From positions 1,856,694-1,920,693 of the forward strand of contig OZ239628.1 in NCBI GenBank assembly GCA_965195345.1: 64,000 nucleotides of DNA, read 5' to 3'. Numbering within the stretch: position 1 is the first letter of the stretch; every line of letters begins with the position of its first letter. This document shows, in pieces, positions 33,279 to 45,940 of this stretch. The position numbers and the translations under genes are program-made. This DNA comes from an uncultured Thiomicrospira sp. (GTDB lineage: Bacteria; Pseudomonadota; Gammaproteobacteria; CAKMZV01). The notes under the pieces are model-generated. The model was not told the DNA's origin. It was given only the letters and a program-made list of their open reading frames with translations, and searched no databases.

Positions 33279-36200
33279 TTAATCGTTGTCCATTTGAATA
33301 TCAATCCCAAGTGCTCTAATCTCTTTAAGCAGAACACCAAGCGACTCTGGTTTGCCAGACTCCATTGTGTGGTCTCCGTCAACGATGTTTTTGTACGTTT
33401 GAGTACGTCCCTGTAAATCATCAGACTTAACAGTCAACATTTCTTGTAAAGTGTGCGCTGCACCATATGCTTCAAGCGCCCAAACCTCCATTTCACCAAA
33501 GCGCTGTCCACCATATTGCGCCTTGCCTCCAAGTGGCTGTTGAGTAACCAAACTATAAGGGCCTGTAGAACGAGCATGCATTTTGTCATCAATTAAGTGA
33601 TTCAATTTCAACATATACATGTATCCAACTGTAACCTCTCGATCAAAAGGATCTCCTGTTTGACCATCGTACAGTTGAACCTGACCACTGGTTGGAACGC
33701 CTGCTGCTGTAAGTAATGCTTTAATTTGTGCTTCGCTTGCTCCATCAAAAACAGGCGTCGCAATAGGCAAACCTTCACGTAAGTTATTGGTCATTTCCAT
33801 CAAAGCATTATCTTTCAGAGAGCTAATCTCCTTGAGTTCTTCTTTAGAAGTATAAATCTCTTTAAGATATTCACGAACTTTTTTAACATTGGCTTTGTGA
33901 CGAATTAATTCATCAATCTTACGACCAATACCATAAGCTGCCATGCCCAAATGCGTTTCTAAAATTTGTCCCACGTTCATCCGAGAAGGTACACCGAGCG
34001 GATTAAGAACGATATCAACTGTTTCACCATTTGCATCATAAGGCATGTCTTCAATAGGGCATATACGCGAAACAACACCTTTGTTTCCATGACGCCCAGC
34101 CATCTTATCTCCTGGTTGAATACGTCTTTTAACGGCTACTAAAACTTTGACCATCTTAAGAACACCAGGTGAAAGCTCGTCGCCTTTAGTTATCTTACGT
34201 TTTTGTTCCTTGAATCGACTTTCAAGCTCTTCTTTTAACTGCACTAACTGCTGTTGGCTGGATTCAATCTGACGATTTTTTGCATCATCTTCGCAACGAA
34301 GATGCAGCACTTCATCATCATTAACTTTTGCCAATCGCGCTGCAGTAATAGACTTACCGTCTTCGTCTTTAGCATTGAGTAATAGTTCCCGTGAGCGAGC
34401 TATAAGGTTTCTTTGAACAATTTCATATTGATCGTCAAAGTCCTTCCTAAAACGTTCAATTTCTGCTTCTTCAATTTGCAATGCTCTGATATCTTTCTCT
34501 ACACCTTCACGGGTAAAAACTTGCACATCAACAACAGTCCCTTCCATTCCTGAAGGTACACGTAAAGAAGTATCCTTCACATCTGAAGCCTTTTCACCAA
34601 ATATGGCTCTCAACAATTTCTCTTCTGCTGACAACTGAACTTCACCTTTTGGGGTAACTCGTCCAACGAGAATGTCTGCTGGTTTTACTTCTGCACCCAC
34701 ACGTACAATGCCCGATTCATCAAGGTGTACCAATTGCGATTCACCCACATTTGGAATATCAGCACTGACTTCCTCATCGCCTAATTTAGTTGACCGAGCT
34801 TGACAAGTTAATTCTTCAATGTGAATGGACGTAAAGTAATCTTCACGCACTACTTTTTCGGAAACAAGCATGGAATCTTCAAAGTTGTATCCATTCCATG
34901 GCATAAAAGCGACTCGAATATTCTGTCCTAATGCCAATTCACCTAAATCAGTAGCTGATCCATCGGCTATAACATCACGTTTGTTTAGTATGTCTCCTGG
35001 TTGGACAATTGGCTTTTGATTAACACACGTATTTTGATTAGAACGTGAATATTTATGCAAGTTGTAAATATCAACCCCGACATCTCCTGGTTCAAGCTCA
35101 TTCGCATTGGCTCGAATAACCACACGAGACGCATCAACACTTTCAACAATGCCTCCTCGAGTAGCCGAAACCACGTTGCCAGAGTCGGTAGCTACGATAC
35201 GCTCCATCCCTGTTCCTACTAATGGTTTTTTTGCACGCAAAGTTGGAACGGCTTGGCGTTGCATATTTGAACCCATCAATGCACGATTAGCATCATCATG
35301 CTCTAAGAATGGAATAAGAGAAGCCGCTACGGAAACTAATTGCTTAGTGGAGACCTCAACCAAATTAATTTTACCTGGTGCGCAAACAGTCGTTTCATTA
35401 GCATAGCGACAAGGCAATAATTCCCCTTGCAATACTTTTTTATCATCAACTTCTACATTTGCTTGGGCAATATAAAATTGCGGTTCATCGATAGCTGAAA
35501 CAAAAATAATTTCATCGGTTATTTTTTTGTTTTTAACTTTGAAAAACGGTGTCTCTAAAAAACCATAGTCATTGACTTGGGCATAAATTGCCAATGAATT
35601 CATCAAACCAATATTTGGTCCCTCTGGTGTCTCAATTGGACAAATACGACCATAGTGCGTTGGATGTACATCACGCACTTCAAATCCCGCACGATCTCTT
35701 GTTAGTCCTCCAGGACCTAACGCCGAAATACGCCTTTTGTGCGTAATTTCAGACAATGGATTAACTTGATCCATAAATTGAGAAAGTTGTGAAGAACCAA
35801 AAAATTCTTTCAAAGCACCTGTAATCGGTTTGGGATTTACCAAATCTTGTGGCGACCAATCCTCAGCTTCAGCTAAAGATAAACGTTCACGAACCACGCG
35901 ATCTATTCTTGCAAGACCAGTTCTGCAAGCATTTTCTGCCAACTCTCCAACCGCTTTTACACGCCGATTTGCTAAGGTATCAATGTCGTCTACTTGACTG
36001 CGTCCATTTTTAATAGCGATCAACTCTCTAATTACATCGACAATATCTTCTTCTAGTAGAACAAGCGAGCCTTCATCAGAATCTCTATGAAGGCGACGAT
36101 TTAGTTTCATCCTACCGACAACAGACAAATCATATCGTTGATCATCAAAAAACAAGCTATCAAACAATCGGTTTGCAGCATCTTCTGTAGGAGGTTCTCC

Positions 36201-37337
36201 AGGACGGATAATACGATAAATTTCTATTCGGGCTTCAAGCGCTGTTTTAGTGGCATCATGCCTCAAGGTTTCAGAAAAATAAGCGCCATGCTCAAGTTCA
36301 TCAACGTAGAGAATATCAAGCTTTCCACTTCCTTTCTCTCGAAGCATTTCAACAACTTCTTCCGTAAGAATGTCATTGGCACGCAATATAGGCGTGTCGT
36401 TATTTTTGTCAAAAACATCATGAACGACCACCTTGCCAATTGCGTATTCATTGGGTATTGTGATACGTTTAATATCGTTTTCATTGAGTTCTTTGACGTG
36501 TCTTGAATTAATTACTTTGCCAGCCTCAACAACCACCTTACTATTAATTTTTATTGGGAATCCAGCGCGTAGACCTAACCAATCTTCAGGTTTGAAATTC
36601 ATCTGTAAATTGCGCTTAGTAAAATGGAGCTTGTTTGTCTTGAAAAATGAACGAAGCATTTTCTCGTTATCCATTCCCATAGCACGAAGCATTACAGAAA
36701 GTAAGAATTTACGGTGTCGATCAATCCGAGCATAAAGAATGTCATTGTGATCAAATTCAAAATCCAACCAAGAACCACGATACGGAATTACACGTGTTTG
36801 GAATAATATTTTCTGCGAAGAGTGAGAGCGTCCTTTGTCGTGAGTGAAAATAACCCCAGGGGAACGATGCAATTGCGAAACAACAACACGCTCAGTTCCA
36901 TTAACAACAAAAGCGCCCCCCTTAGTCATCATAGGGACTTCCCCCATGAAAACTTCTTGTTCTCGAATGTCTTTGATGACCTTATTACGATCTGTTGATC
37001 GTTCTTTATCGTACAATTTCAACCGAAGAGTAACGTACATAGGTATGGCAAAAGTCATACTACGTTGACGGCATTCGTCTTCGGAGTACTCAGGATTTCC
37101 CAATCGATAGGACAAATACTCTAAATCAGCTGTTCCCGCTACTCCCATAATGGGAAATATGGATTGAAAGGCGCCTTCAAGACCAACCTTATTTTTTTCC
37201 TCAATTGGTGTTTCTTTTTGCAAAAACTTTGCGAAAGATTTCTTCTGCAATTGCAGAAGATAAGGAATTTCCATCTTCGTAGGCAACTTGCCATACGTTT
37301 TACGAATACGTTTCTTTTCGGTGAAAGAAAATGTCAT
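33279..37337 (-). CDS. rpoB: DNA-directed RNA polymerase subunit beta
   Basis: SQLSQFMDQ Rif cluster, [21 protein letters not shown]. Confidence 0.99.
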   Translation of the reverse strand: MTFSFTEKKRIRKTYGKLPTKMEIPYLLQLQKKSFAKFLQKETPIEEKNKVGLEGAFQSIFPIMGVAGTADLEYLSYRLGNPEYSEDECRQRSMTFAIPMYVTLRLKLYDKERSTDRNKVIKDIREQEVFMGEVPMMTKGGAFVVNGTERVVVSQLHRSPGVIFTHDKGRSHSSQKILFQTRVIPYRGSWLDFEFDHNDILYARIDRHRKFLLSVMLRAMGMDNEKMLRSFFKTNKLHFTKRNLQMNFKPEDWLGLRAGFPIKINSKVVVEAGKVINSRHVKELNENDIKRITIPNEYAIGKVVVHDVFDKNNDTPILRANDILTEEVVEMLREKGSGKLDILYVDELEHGAYFSETLRHDATKTALEARIEIYRIIRPGEPPTEDAANRLFDSLFFDDQRYDLSVVGRMKLNRRLHRDSDEGSLVLLEEDIVDVIRELIAIKNGRSQVDDIDTLANRRVKAVGELAENACRTGLARIDRVVRERLSLAEAEDWSPQDLVNPKPITGALKEFFGSSQLSQFMDQVNPLSEITHKRRISALGPGGLTRDRAGFEVRDVHPTHYGRICPIETPEGPNIGLMNSLAIYAQVNDYGFLETPFFKVKNKKITDEIIFVSAIDEPQFYIAQANVEVDDKKVLQGELLPCRYANETTVCAPGKINLVEVSTKQLVSVAASLIPFLEHDDANRALMGSNMQRQAVPTLRAKKPLVGTGMERIVATDSGNVVSATRGGIVESVDASRVVIRANANELEPGDVGVDIYNLHKYSRSNQNTCVNQKPIVQPGDILNKRDVIADGSATDLGELALGQNIRVAFMPWNGYNFEDSMLVSEKVVREDYFTSIHIEELTCQARSTKLGDEEVSADIPNVGESQLVHLDESGIVRVGAEVKPADILVGRVTPKGEVQLSAEEKLLRAIFGEKASDVKDTSLRVPSGMEGTVVDVQVFTREGVEKDIRALQIEEAEIERFRKDFDDQYEIVQRNLIARSRELLLNAKDEDGKSITAARLAKVNDDEVLHLRCEDDAKNRQIESSQQQLVQLKEELESRFKEQKRKITKGDELSPGVLKMVKVLVAVKRRIQPGDKMAGRHGNKGVVSRICPIEDMPYDANGETVDIVLNPLGVPSRMNVGQILETHLGMAAYGIGRKIDELIRHKANVKKVREYLKEIYTSKEELKEISSLKDNALMEMTNNLREGLPIATPVFDGASEAQIKALLTAAGVPTSGQVQLYDGQTGDPFDREVTVGYMYMLKLNHLIDDKMHARSTGPYSLVTQQPLGGKAQYGGQRFGEMEVWALEAYGAAHTLQEMLTVKSDDLQGRTQTYKNIVDGDHTMESGKPESLGVLLKEIRALGIDIQMDND

Positions 37338-37421
37338 CTAAGAACCTCTCATTTCAATACTTCGCTTTAATGTCAATCAAAGCAAAAAATTGATGTTGTC
37401 TTAATCCACTAAACAAACTAA

Positions 37422-37448
37422 CGATTGGTTCTTTTTCAGAACCAATCG
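37422..37448 (-). terminator. rplL-rpoB intergenic attenuator/terminator hairpin
   Basis: CGATTGGTTCT-N5-AGAACCAATCG followed on the minus strand by T-rich TTAGTTTGTTT. Confidence 0.7.
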
Positions 37449-37463
37449 CGAATTTTCAAACCG

Positions 37464-37850
37464 TTACTTCAACTCAGCTTTTGCACCAGCCTCAACAAGT
37501 AGCTTAATTAATTCTTCAGCTTCAGTTTTGCTAACAGCTTCTTTAATTGTTGATGGGGCTCCGTCAACTTTTTCCTTAGCTTCTTTCAAACCAAGCCCAG
37601 TAGCAGTTCGAACTACTTTAATAACGCCGACTTTAGAACTACCAACTTCGCTTAGTACAACATCAAACTCTGTTTGTTCGACGCTTGCGGCTTCATCGCC
37701 GTCACCACCAGCAGCAGCGGGAGCTGCTACTGCAACTGAAGCTGCAGCGCTTACTCCAAATTTTTCTTCCATTGCAGAAATCAATTCCACAACTTCCATA
37801 ACGCTCATATTTGCGATAGCTTCTAAAATATCTTCTTTCTTTACAGCCAT
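37464..37850 (-). CDS. rplL: 50S ribosomal protein L7/L12
   Basis: [24 protein letters not shown]; start ATG 37850 with GGAG RBS. Confidence 0.98.
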   Translation of the reverse strand: MAVKKEDILEAIANMSVMEVVELISAMEEKFGVSAAASVAVAAPAAAGGDGDEAASVEQTEFDVVLSEVGSSKVGVIKVVRTATGLGLKEAKEKVDGAPSTIKEAVSKTEAEELIKLLVEAGAKAELK

Positions 37851-37889
37851 TTTTAACTCCTTCTTATTGATAACCACGCTTGATGATAA

Positions 37890-38417
37890 TCAAGCAGCTT
37901 CTTTTGCTTCTTTCACAGCGGCAACTGTGCGAACCAATTTCCCTGGAACCTCATTAAGCGTACAAGCTAGTTTTCCTATCGGAGCTTGCATCACCGCCAT
38001 TAAGGTTGAAATTGCTTCTTCTTTATTAGGCAGCTTCGCCACCATATCCAGCTTCGATCCAGATATGACGCCACTTCCTAAAGAAATCCCAACTACTTTG
38101 AGAGCTTGATGATTACGACCCACCTTTTTAAATACCTTAGCGGCTTCGCCGGGACCATCATTTGAGAATGCCAAAATAAGTTGACCTTGTAGTACATCAA
38201 CCATTTCCGCATGCTTCGTGCCTTGAAACGCTCGACGAGCCAACGTGTTTTTAACCACGCGCACATCAACATTTGCTTCTCGTGCAGTTGAACGCAATTC
38301 CGTCAGGTCACTGACCGACATTCCACTATATTGAGCAGCCACGACAGAAGTAGCGCCTTCCAATCTGGACAACACCTCCTCAATAATGCCTTGCTTTTCT
38401 ACTCGTTTAAGTGCCAT
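37890..38417 (-). CDS. rplJ: 50S ribosomal protein L10
   Basis: VVKNTLARRA, LPNKEEAI; start ATG 38417. Confidence 0.97.
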   Translation of the reverse strand: MALKRVEKQGIIEEVLSRLEGATSVVAAQYSGMSVSDLTELRSTAREANVDVRVVKNTLARRAFQGTKHAEMVDVLQGQLILAFSNDGPGEAAKVFKKVGRNHQALKVVGISLGSGVISGSKLDMVAKLPNKEEAISTLMAVMQAPIGKLACTLNEVPGKLVRTVAAVKEAKEAA

Positions 38418-38489
38418 TGTGTTCCTCACATTGAGACAATACTTTTTAAGGCATTGCCTTTATATTATCATGTCTGAAAAGTATCAGAC

Positions 38490-38550
38490 ACTCCATCTAC
38501 GCAGGCAATTAAGTAATGGACAAACCCATTACCCCTGCGATCTTTGATGA
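38490..38550 (-). ncRNA. L10 leader (rplJL autoregulatory RNA)
   Basis: Minus strand AAAGATCGCAGG...TTAAT..CCTGCGTAGATGG matches the enterobacterial rplJ leader pattern; lies between rplA and rplJ. Confidence 0.8.
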
Positions 38551-38596
38551 CCGAGCCAGAAGCCTGGTCACCCTTTTTATGACTAATGTCAAAAAA

Positions 38597-39289
38597 TTAT
38601 TTAATCAGTTGAGAATGATCAACTGTCATGCCTGGTCCCATAGTAGAAGAAATGGTTACTTTCTTCATATAAACGCCTTTGGATGCATTAGGTTTTGATT
38701 TCTGTAAAGCGACAAGTAATGTTTTCAAATTCTCTTCAATCGCATCTTCACTGAATGACAACTTTCCAATGGAAGTGTGAATAATTCCACCTTTATCTAC
38801 TCTATACCGCACCTGCCCAGACTTAGCATTTCTCACTGCCTCGCCAACATCGGCTGAAACTGTTCCTACTTTAGGATTAGGCATCAACCCCTTAGGACCA
38901 AGTATTTGACCTAATTTACCTACCAACGGCATGGCATCTGGAGCTGCTATAATCACATCAAAATCAAGATGACCTTTTTTCACATCTTCCGCCAAGTCTT
39001 CAAAACCGACCACATCAGCGCCCGCTTCTTTTGCTTGATCTGCTAAATCACCTTGTGCGAAAACACCTACTCGAACTGTCTTTCCTGTTCCATTTGGCAA
39101 CACAGTAGATCCGCGTACTACTTGGTCTGATTTTCTTGGATCAACACCTAAGTTCACGGCAACATCAATTGCTTCATCAAATTTTGCTGGAAATGTCTTT
39201 AATAATGCAAGCGCATCAGTCACTGAGTAAACTAAGGTCTTATCAATAGATTGACGAGAAGACTTTATTTTCTTTGTTAATTTTGCCAT
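38597..39289 (-). CDS. rplA: 50S ribosomal protein L1
   Basis: [27 protein letters not shown]. Confidence 0.98.
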   Translation of the reverse strand: MAKLTKKIKSSRQSIDKTLVYSVTDALALLKTFPAKFDEAIDVAVNLGVDPRKSDQVVRGSTVLPNGTGKTVRVGVFAQGDLADQAKEAGADVVGFEDLAEDVKKGHLDFDVIIAAPDAMPLVGKLGQILGPKGLMPNPKVGTVSADVGEAVRNAKSGQVRYRVDKGGIIHTSIGKLSFSEDAIEENLKTLLVALQKSKPNASKGVYMKKVTISSTMGPGMTVDHSQLIK

Positions 39290-39720
39290 TACGACTCCTC
39301 CACTATTAGACCCATGCTAGTGGCTGTTCCAGCAATTATTTTAACTGCCGCATCCATATCATTAGCATTGAGATCAGTCATCTTTATAGTGGCTATCTCT
39401 TCAATTTGGGTTCTGCTAACTGTACCGACTTTATTTCTATTTGGTTCACCTGAACCCTTTGCAATACCTGCCGCTTTGCGTAATAATATTGCTGCAGGAG
39501 GTGTTTTGGTAATGAAATCAAAGCTGCGATCACCATAAACCGTTATCACTACAGGGATGGGCAAGTTTTTTTCCATCTCTTGAGTTTTTGCATTAAACGC
39601 TTTACAAAAATCCATAATATTGACCCCATGTTGTCCTAAAGCAGGACCAACAGGAGGGCTTGGATTTGCAGCACCTGCAGGTACTTGCAATTTAATATAA
39701 GCAGTTATTTTTTTTGCCAT
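39289..39720 (-). CDS. rplK: 50S ribosomal protein L11
   Basis: [20 protein letters not shown]; start ATG 39720. Confidence 0.98.
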   Translation of the reverse strand: MAKKITAYIKLQVPAGAANPSPPVGPALGQHGVNIMDFCKAFNAKTQEMEKNLPIPVVITVYGDRSFDFITKTPPAAILLRKAAGIAKGSGEPNRNKVGTVSRTQIEEIATIKMTDLNANDMDAAVKIIAGTATSMGLIVEES

Positions 39721-39812
39721 ATCATTACTCCTTGGTGAGTGCAAACGCTTACTTAATTCAGCTCCTCATACTAAAAAACCAGCAACCTTGATATCAAGGG
39801 CTAGCGCTCTTT

Positions 39813-40346
39813 TTAACTTTTTTGGACTTGACCAGAATCCAATTCCACAGTGGTGGAACGACCAAAAATTAATACTGAAACATTGATTTTATTTTTGCTG
39901 TAGTCAATATTTTCCACAACCGCTTCAAAATCACTGAACGGCCCTTCCGTCACTCTGACAACCTCTCCTTCTTCAAACATTATCTTAGGTCTTGGGTTGT
40001 CTTCGCCAGCACGTATTCGATCAACGATAGCGTCCACTTCTGTTTTTGATATTGGAGTGGGTCGTAAATTTGTACCTCCTATGAAGCCCAGAACCTTAGG
40101 TACTTGTTTTACCAAATGCCAAGTGTCTTCATTCATATCCATTTCAATCAGTACGTAACCTGGGAAAAATTTGCGCTCAGTTGTGCGCTTTTTCTCTCCA
40201 CGAATTTCAACGACTTCTTCTGTTGGCACCAATATATCTCCAAAAAAAGCTTCCATCTGCTTTATGCCAATGTGCTCTCTAATGGAACGTACAACTTGTT
40301 TTTCAAAACCAGAGTAAGCATGAACGACATACCATTGTTTTGACAT
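39813..40346 (-). CDS. nusG: Transcription termination/antitermination factor NusG
   Basis: [21 protein letters not shown] motif GPFSDF, IFGR. Confidence 0.98.
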   Translation of the reverse strand: MSKQWYVVHAYSGFEKQVVRSIREHIGIKQMEAFFGDILVPTEEVVEIRGEKKRTTERKFFPGYVLIEMDMNEDTWHLVKQVPKVLGFIGGTNLRPTPISKTEVDAIVDRIRAGEDNPRPKIMFEEGEVVRVTEGPFSDFEAVVENIDYSKNKINVSVLIFGRSTTVELDSGQVQKS

Positions 40347-40467
40347 CTTAAAACCTCTTGTTAATGCGCTTCTAAACGCACAGAAAAATCGAATAAAATC
40401 TGCGAATCAATTCGCTCAAGTAGAAACTTACTACTAAAATCGCAAAAAACCATCTTCTTTAAAAACC

Positions 40468-40839
40468 CTATCGTCCTGCAATCAACTGTGTCAACCAAAG
40501 AAACAGACTATCAAGCAGCCATAGGAATATGGCAATAATAACAACAGCTATGACTACTGTTAAAGTAAGTTGAATGACTTCTTGGCGAGTAGGCCATACC
40601 ATTTTCCGTACTTCCGTACGTGACTCACCAACTAAGGACATTCCTTGCTTGCCCAGTGAGGTTTGGTAAACGATAGCAATGCTTACTCCTACCAGTCCAA
40701 TAAGCGCAAGGGCTCTCCACAATGTGGCTATTTGGTCTTCATACAGGTAAAAAGCAAATATTCCCGCCCCTAGAATAATTAACGCCAAAAACAACAGGGC
40801 TTTATCTGAGAAACTGGACTTATTTGACGTTTTTTCCAT
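40468..40839 (-). CDS. secE: Preprotein translocase SecE (3-TM type)
   Basis: EVRKMVWPTRQE; lies between tRNA-Trp and nusG. Confidence 0.96.
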   Translation of the reverse strand: MEKTSNKSSFSDKALLFLALIILGAGIFAFYLYEDQIATLWRALALIGLVGVSIAIVYQTSLGKQGMSLVGESRTEVRKMVWPTRQEVIQLTLTVVIAVVIIAIFLWLLDSLFLWLTQLIAGR

Positions 40840-40875
40840 AATTACTTTTTCTCTGTTCCTTTATTATTTTTTATC

Positions 40876-40952
40876 TGGCAGGGGTAGAGGGACTCGAACC
40901 CCCAACCTTCGGATTTGGAATCCGCCGCTCTACCAATTGGAGCTACACCCCT
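40876..40952 (-). tRNA. tRNA-Trp (CCA)
   Basis: AGGGGTGTAGCTCCAATTGGTAGAGCGGCGGATTCCAAATCCGAAGGTTGGGGGTTCGAGTCCCTCTACCCCTGCCA: cloverleaf, anticodon CCA, encoded CCA end. Confidence 0.97.
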
Positions 40953-40977
40953 TCAGGAAATTTTCACCCTATTTCAA

Positions 40978-40996
40978 GGGCGGGCGATTATACCGT
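40978..40996 (-). promoter_or_regulatory. sigma70 -10 (TATAAT) with GC-rich discriminator upstream of tRNA-Trp/secE
   Basis: Minus strand cggTATAATcgcccgccc. Confidence 0.6.
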
Positions 40997-41079
40997 ACAA
41001 AAAGAAATAAAATTAAATATTTTTAAAATACTGAAACTTACCTTTTATTTGTGCACTTTATCTTTGGAGTCTATTGTTG

Positions 41080-41676
41080 TTATTTTTTTTCGGTATTTTC
41101 TCGTTCCGACTCTGAATCAGCCTTTTCTTTTGCTTGAGTGCTCTCAGAAGAGGCCTGTTCATCATCAGCTGCAACCGTTTCTTCAATATTTTCCTCTACT
41201 GCCTCAACGGCAGCTTCTTCAGAAGTAACGGTTTCAACAGGTTTTTGTTTTTTAGCTTTTTCTACAGCAGGTTGTTCGATTTTCTTGGTCTTTTTTTCTT
41301 CTGGCGCACTAGACTCATCAACACTGTCAAGCAAAATAACCCAAGCCATAGGTGCTGAGTCAGACTTTCTAAATCCCGCCTTAAGAACGCGAATATAACC
41401 ACCTGGACGATCGTTAAATCGAGGACCAAGCTCTGCAAATAACTTACTTACTATTCCTCGCGAACGAAGGCGATTAAAAGCCAATCTTCTATTAGCTACA
41501 GTGTCTTTTTTAGCAAGAGTTATTAGTGGTTCTGCTACTCGACGAAGTTCCTTTGCCTTTGGCAAGGTGGTCTGAATTCTTTCATGTTCTATTAATGAAA
41601 GCGCTAAATTTCTAAACAGTGCCTTACGACTCGAGGCATCTCGATTCAACTGGCGACCGGAATTACGATGACGCAT
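41080..41676 (-). CDS. rplQ: 50S ribosomal protein L17 with acidic C-terminal tail
   Basis: [29 protein letters not shown]. Confidence 0.98.
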   Translation of the reverse strand: MRHRNSGRQLNRDASSRKALFRNLALSLIEHERIQTTLPKAKELRRVAEPLITLAKKDTVANRRLAFNRLRSRGIVSKLFAELGPRFNDRPGGYIRVLKAGFRKSDSAPMAWVILLDSVDESSAPEEKKTKKIEQPAVEKAKKQKPVETVTSEEAAVEAVEENIEETVAADDEQASSESTQAKEKADSESERENTEKK

Positions 41677-41708
41677 ATCTTATCCTATTTATTACAGTCT
41701 GGTAAAAA

Positions 41709-42713
41709 CTAAATTTGTTCAACTTGCCGAATTTTACTCGGTGGCCAATTCTCTATTTTTGTCCCTAGTTCAAGGTCCATTTCAACGAGCAATTTTTCAA
41801 TCTCTGTAAGTGATTTCTTTCCAAAATTTGAAATTCTCAATAGATCAGATCTTGATTTCTGCACTAAATCACCAATATAAGAGATGCTAGCATTTTTCAA
41901 GCAATTCGCAGATCGAACAGTCAATTCAAGATCGTCGACTGGGCGCAAATAAATCGGATCAACTTCTGCCTCCACTTCTTCATGCTTAGGCCTTTCAAAA
42001 GCTTTGATATCAACAAAAGACATCAACTGTCGATGCAATATATTTGCCGCTTTACAAATAGCATCTTTGGGTTTTATTGTCCCGTTTGTCTCTAAATTTA
42101 TGACGAGCTTATCAAGGTCATTACGTTGATCAACACGCACGTTATCTACTGTGTAATGTACTCGTCGAATCGGGCTATATAATGCATCAATCTGTAATGC
42201 GCCAACGTCCACTGTAGTCGAGTCTTCCTGCATCAGTTTTCTTGTGTTAATTGTCTCAAAGCCGATTCCACGAACGACTTTCAAGACGGCATTAAATGAA
42301 ACCTTTTTATTCAATTTAACCAATACCAGCTCTGGATTAGTTATTTCAACATTATGCGGCAATTCAATATCTGCAGCAGTAATGACGCAAGGGCCTTGTT
42401 TACTGACTTTTAGCTCAGTAATATCGCTTTCACCGTGCATAACTACAGCAACTTCTTTCAAATTTAGCAAGATATCAAGCACATCCTCTTGAACACCATC
42501 TATCGTTGAATATTCGTGATCCACTCCATCAATCTTAGCACTTACTACCGCTGAACCTGGAATTGATGAAAGCAAAACACGGCGCATAGCATTCCCCAAT
42601 GTATGCCCAAATCCTCTTTCTAAAGGTTCCAAAACGACCGTCGCTCTAAATTCATCCGTTTCTTTGATCTGTGAAAAATCGGGGGTTAGAAATTTCTCTA
42701 TATTTGTCTGCAT
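41709..42713 (-). CDS. rpoA: RNA polymerase subunit alpha
   Basis: [28 protein letters not shown]. Confidence 0.99.
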   Translation of the reverse strand: MQTNIEKFLTPDFSQIKETDEFRATVVLEPLERGFGHTLGNAMRRVLLSSIPGSAVVSAKIDGVDHEYSTIDGVQEDVLDILLNLKEVAVVMHGESDITELKVSKQGPCVITAADIELPHNVEITNPELVLVKLNKKVSFNAVLKVVRGIGFETINTRKLMQEDSTTVDVGALQIDALYSPIRRVHYTVDNVRVDQRNDLDKLVINLETNGTIKPKDAICKAANILHRQLMSFVDIKAFERPKHEEVEAEVDPIYLRPVDDLELTVRSANCLKNASISYIGDLVQKSRSDLLRISNFGKKSLTEIEKLLVEMDLELGTKIENWPPSKIRQVEQI

Positions 42714-42781
42714 TCCCTGCTCCGTTAAACTGTTACGTTATGTGTTCTATCTTAATTAAGAAAATTGTATTTTTTAAAGAC

Positions 42782-43402
42782 TTACTTTGAATAAAGTTCT
42801 ACAATTAAGTGCTCTTCAATTTCGCTCGGCAAGTCAGAACGATCGGGATACCGTTTAAATGTTGCGTGCATTTTCTTTGCGTCAACTTCAATCCATTCAG
42901 ATCGAGGTGTTTGCTCAGCAATTTCAAGAGCAGTTTGTATTCTTTGTTGCCCTTGCTTACTTAAGCGCACGCTGACTTCATCACCTGGGCTTACTTGATA
43001 CGAAGCAATATTTACTACTGAGTTGTTGACTAAAATCCCTTTATGACTAACTAGTTGCCGTGCTTCAGATCGGGTTGAACCAAACCCACAACGGTATACT
43101 ACGTTATCTAAGCGACACTCAAGCAATTGAAGCAAATTCTCACCAGTTGAACCTTTGCGTCGTGATGCTTCTTTATAATAATTTCTGAATTGCTTTTCAA
43201 GCACACCGTACATCCGACGTACTTTTTGTTTTTGTCTCAACTGTGTACCATACTCTGTTAGTCTTCCGCCCCTCGCTCCATGTTGACCTGGAGGTGTGTC
43301 TAGTTTGCATTTAGACTCGAGCGTACGAAGACCACTTTTAAGAAATAAATCCACACCCTCTCTTCGAGCGAGTTTGCATTTTGGTCCAATAAATCTTGCC
43401 AT
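42782..43402 (-). CDS. rpsD: 30S ribosomal protein S4
   Basis: [18 protein letters not shown]. Confidence 0.99.
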   Translation of the reverse strand: MARFIGPKCKLARREGVDLFLKSGLRTLESKCKLDTPPGQHGARGGRLTEYGTQLRQKQKVRRMYGVLEKQFRNYYKEASRRKGSTGENLLQLLECRLDNVVYRCGFGSTRSEARQLVSHKGILVNNSVVNIASYQVSPGDEVSVRLSKQGQQRIQTALEIAEQTPRSEWIEVDAKKMHATFKRYPDRSDLPSEIEEHLIVELYSK

Positions 43403-43417
43403 TATTCTTGTTCTCCT

Positions 43418-43810
43418 TTATACACGACGTTTTTTGGGAGGTCTACACCCATTGTGTGGCATTGGTGTTACATCAGTGATGCTGGTTACCTTTAAACCAG
43501 CAGAATTTAGTGCACGCACTGATGACTCTCGACCAGGACCAGGACCTTTAACTTGTACAGAAACATTCTGAACACCAAATTCTTTAGCTTTCTCAGCTGC
43601 ATTATTTGCCGCTATTTGAGCTGCAAAGGGCGTGCTTTTACGAGATCCTCTAAATCCTGAACCACCAGCGGTTGCCCAGCACAAAACATTGCCTTGAGGA
43701 TCGCTAATTGTAATGATCGTGTTATTAAACGATGCATGAATGCTAGCAACGGCATCACTAACAATACGATTACGCTTTTTTGAGCGTACAGCCTTTTTTG
43801 TTTTAACCAT
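43418..43810 (-). CDS. rpsK: 30S ribosomal protein S11
   Basis: [26 protein letters not shown]. Confidence 0.99.
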   Translation of the reverse strand: MVKTKKAVRSKKRNRIVSDAVASIHASFNNTIITISDPQGNVLCWATAGGSGFRGSRKSTPFAAQIAANNAAEKAKEFGVQNVSVQVKGPGPGRESSVRALNSAGLKVTSITDVTPMPHNGCRPPKKRRV

Positions 43811-43831
43811 GTTTTTATATTCTCAATTTCA

Positions 43832-44188
43832 TTAACGCTTAATAGGACGACGAGGCCCTTTTCGAGTACGCGCGTTGTTTTTAGTTTTCTGACCTCTTAC
43901 GGGAAGATTTCGACGGTGTCGAATTCCTCTATAAGTTCCTAAATCCATGAGCCGTTTAATATTCATCGAAACTTCACGCCTCAAATCACCTTCCACTTTG
44001 AATTCAGTGATTACTGTTCGAATACTCTCCAACTCTTGTTCGGTTAGTTCCGAGGTTTTTTTAGATGCCTCAATGCCTACTTTTGAACAGATTTGTTTTG
44101 ATAATGTATGACCAATGCCATATATAGATTGCAAAGCAATAACTATGTGTTTTCTGTCCGGTATGTTAATTCCTGAAATACGCGCCAT
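43832..44188 (-). CDS. rpsM: 30S ribosomal protein S13
   Basis: [24 protein letters not shown]. Confidence 0.99.
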   Translation of the reverse strand: MARISGINIPDRKHIVIALQSIYGIGHTLSKQICSKVGIEASKKTSELTEQELESIRTVITEFKVEGDLRREVSMNIKRLMDLGTYRGIRHRRNLPVRGQKTKNNARTRKGPRRPIKR

Positions 44189-44201
44189 AAAGTGTTACTC
44201 C

Positions 44202-45509
44202 CTATCTTGAAACTTGCGCTTTTTTTAATAAACCTTCATATTGACTGGATAGTAAATGTGATTGCAACTGCGTCATGAAATCCATCACAACAACAACTAT
44301 TATCAATAACGAAGTTCCTCCAAAATAAAAAGGAACGTTCCAGTACAAAATTAAGAACTCAGGCAATAGGCAAACGCCTGCAATATAAATAGATCCAGCT
44401 AAAGTCAAACGAGTCATAACGCTATCAATGTAGCCTGCTGTTTGCTCGCCAGGTCGAATGCCTGGAAGAAATGCTCCTGAGCGACGTAAATTATCAGCTG
44501 TCTCTCTCGGATTAAAAACGATCGCAGTATAGAAAAAGCAAAAGAAAATAATTGCACAGCCATAAAACAAGACGTACAAAGGCTGTCCAGGTCCTAACGT
44601 CGTAGCTATATCACGCAACCATTGAAGTGAGTTTGCAGAACCTAACCAATTACCTAACGTCGCTGGAAATAAAATAATACTTGATGCAAATATTGGAGGA
44701 ATTACACCAGCCATGTTTAGTTTTAGAGGAAGGTGGGAAACCTGCCCACCATACATTTTACGTCCACGCTGTTTTTGAGCATACTGAACAGTTAGACGTC
44801 TCTGTCCCCTTTCTGCAAAAACCACAAAAGCTGTAACCCCTAACGTCAGCGTTAACAGAATAATTAGCAATAAACCGTTCAATTCACCTGTTCTTACTAG
44901 CTCAAAGGTTCCACCAAGAGCAGAAGGTAAACCAGCAACAATTCCTGCAAAAATGATTAAAGAAATTCCGTTGCCAATACCTCGTTCAGTAATTTGCTCA
45001 CCTAACCACATTAAAAATATAGTGCCGGTAAGCAAGGTGATAACTGTCGTTAGTTTAAAGAGCAGTCCCGGTGCAATAACAACGGGCAACCCACCTGCAC
45101 TTTGAGACTCAAGAGCAATTGCAACACCCAGGCCTTGAAAGGTGGCAAGTACAATTGTTCCATAACGTGTATATTGAGTAATGCGTCTTTGTCCGCTTTG
45201 TCCTTCTTTTTTCAATTGTTCCAAACTTGGTACAACCGCGGTCATCAATTGCATAATAATAGAAGCTGAAATATACGGCATAACTCCTAATGCAAAAATA
45301 GATAGCCTTTCAAGCGCACCCCCAGAAAACATATTAAACATATCAAGGATCGTTCCTCTTTGTTGTTCAAACATAGAGGCTAAAGCAGTGCCGTCAATGA
45401 AGGGAATTGGAATATGCGTTCCAAGTCGATAGACAACAAACGCACCCAAAACAAACAGTATTCTATTGCGCAACTCTGTTGTTACTGAGCCCATAGGATT
45501 ACTAGCCAT
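44202..45509 (-). CDS. secY: Preprotein translocase SecY
   Basis: [31 protein letters not shown]. Confidence 0.99.
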   Translation of the reverse strand: MASNPMGSVTTELRNRILFVLGAFVVYRLGTHIPIPFIDGTALASMFEQQRGTILDMFNMFSGGALERLSIFALGVMPYISASIIMQLMTAVVPSLEQLKKEGQSGQRRITQYTRYGTIVLATFQGLGVAIALESQSAGGLPVVIAPGLLFKLTTVITLLTGTIFLMWLGEQITERGIGNGISLIIFAGIVAGLPSALGGTFELVRTGELNGLLLIILLTLTLGVTAFVVFAERGQRRLTVQYAQKQRGRKMYGGQVSHLPLKLNMAGVIPPIFASSIILFPATLGNWLGSANSLQWLRDIATTLGPGQPLYVLFYGCAIIFFCFFYTAIVFNPRETADNLRRSGAFLPGIRPGEQTAGYIDSVMTRLTLAGSIYIAGVCLLPEFLILYWNVPFYFGGTSLLIIVVVVMDFMTQLQSHLLSSQYEGLLKKAQVSR

Positions 45510-45940
45510 TAGATTACCTTCCCACCATGTTCTTCGATCACTTTTCTAGCGCCAACAGTCACGTGAACACCACTGATGGTGAACGCTTTATCAACATTTC
45601 CTGAAGCGATTATTCGAGCACGACTTTTATTTCGTTGAATTAAACCAGCATTTTTCAAAGTTTCAACAGTAATCTCGTTTCCTTCTAATTTTTTCAGCTC
45701 AGACAACTTGACTTCAGCTGTAATGCGCGATGTACGTGATGTAAATCCAAATTTTGGCAAACGCATTTGTAATGGCATTTGACCGCCCTCAAATCCACGT
45801 GCAACATTTCCACCTGAACGAGATTTTTGACCTTTATTTCCTTTACCACAAGTTTTCCCGAGACCAGATGCTGCGCCTCGCCCTACACGTTTTCTTGCTT
45901 TTTTCGAGCCTGCCGCCGGCGATAGTTGATTCAATTTCAT
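45509..45940 (-). CDS. rplO: 50S ribosomal protein L15
   Basis: GFEGGQMPL. Confidence 0.98.
   Translation of the reverse strand: MKLNQLSPAAGSKKARKRVGRGAASGLGKTCGKGNKGQKSRSGGNVARGFEGGQMPLQMRLPKFGFTSRTSRITAEVKLSELKKLEGNEITVETLKNAGLIQRNKSRARIIASGNVDKAFTISGVHVTVGARKVIEEHGGKVI

Noticed and set aside
35720-35800. RpoB Rif cluster I variant (DQVNPL versus E. coli DQNNPL)
   Set aside because: Key Rif contacts (Q513, D516, H526, S531 equivalents) are intact; this position varies naturally
37528-38109. 193-aa plus-strand ORF
   Set aside because: Antisense shadow of rplL/rplJ
39721-39770. Possible L1-binding leader upstream of rplK
   Set aside because: Position fits but I could not establish the pairing by eye with confidence
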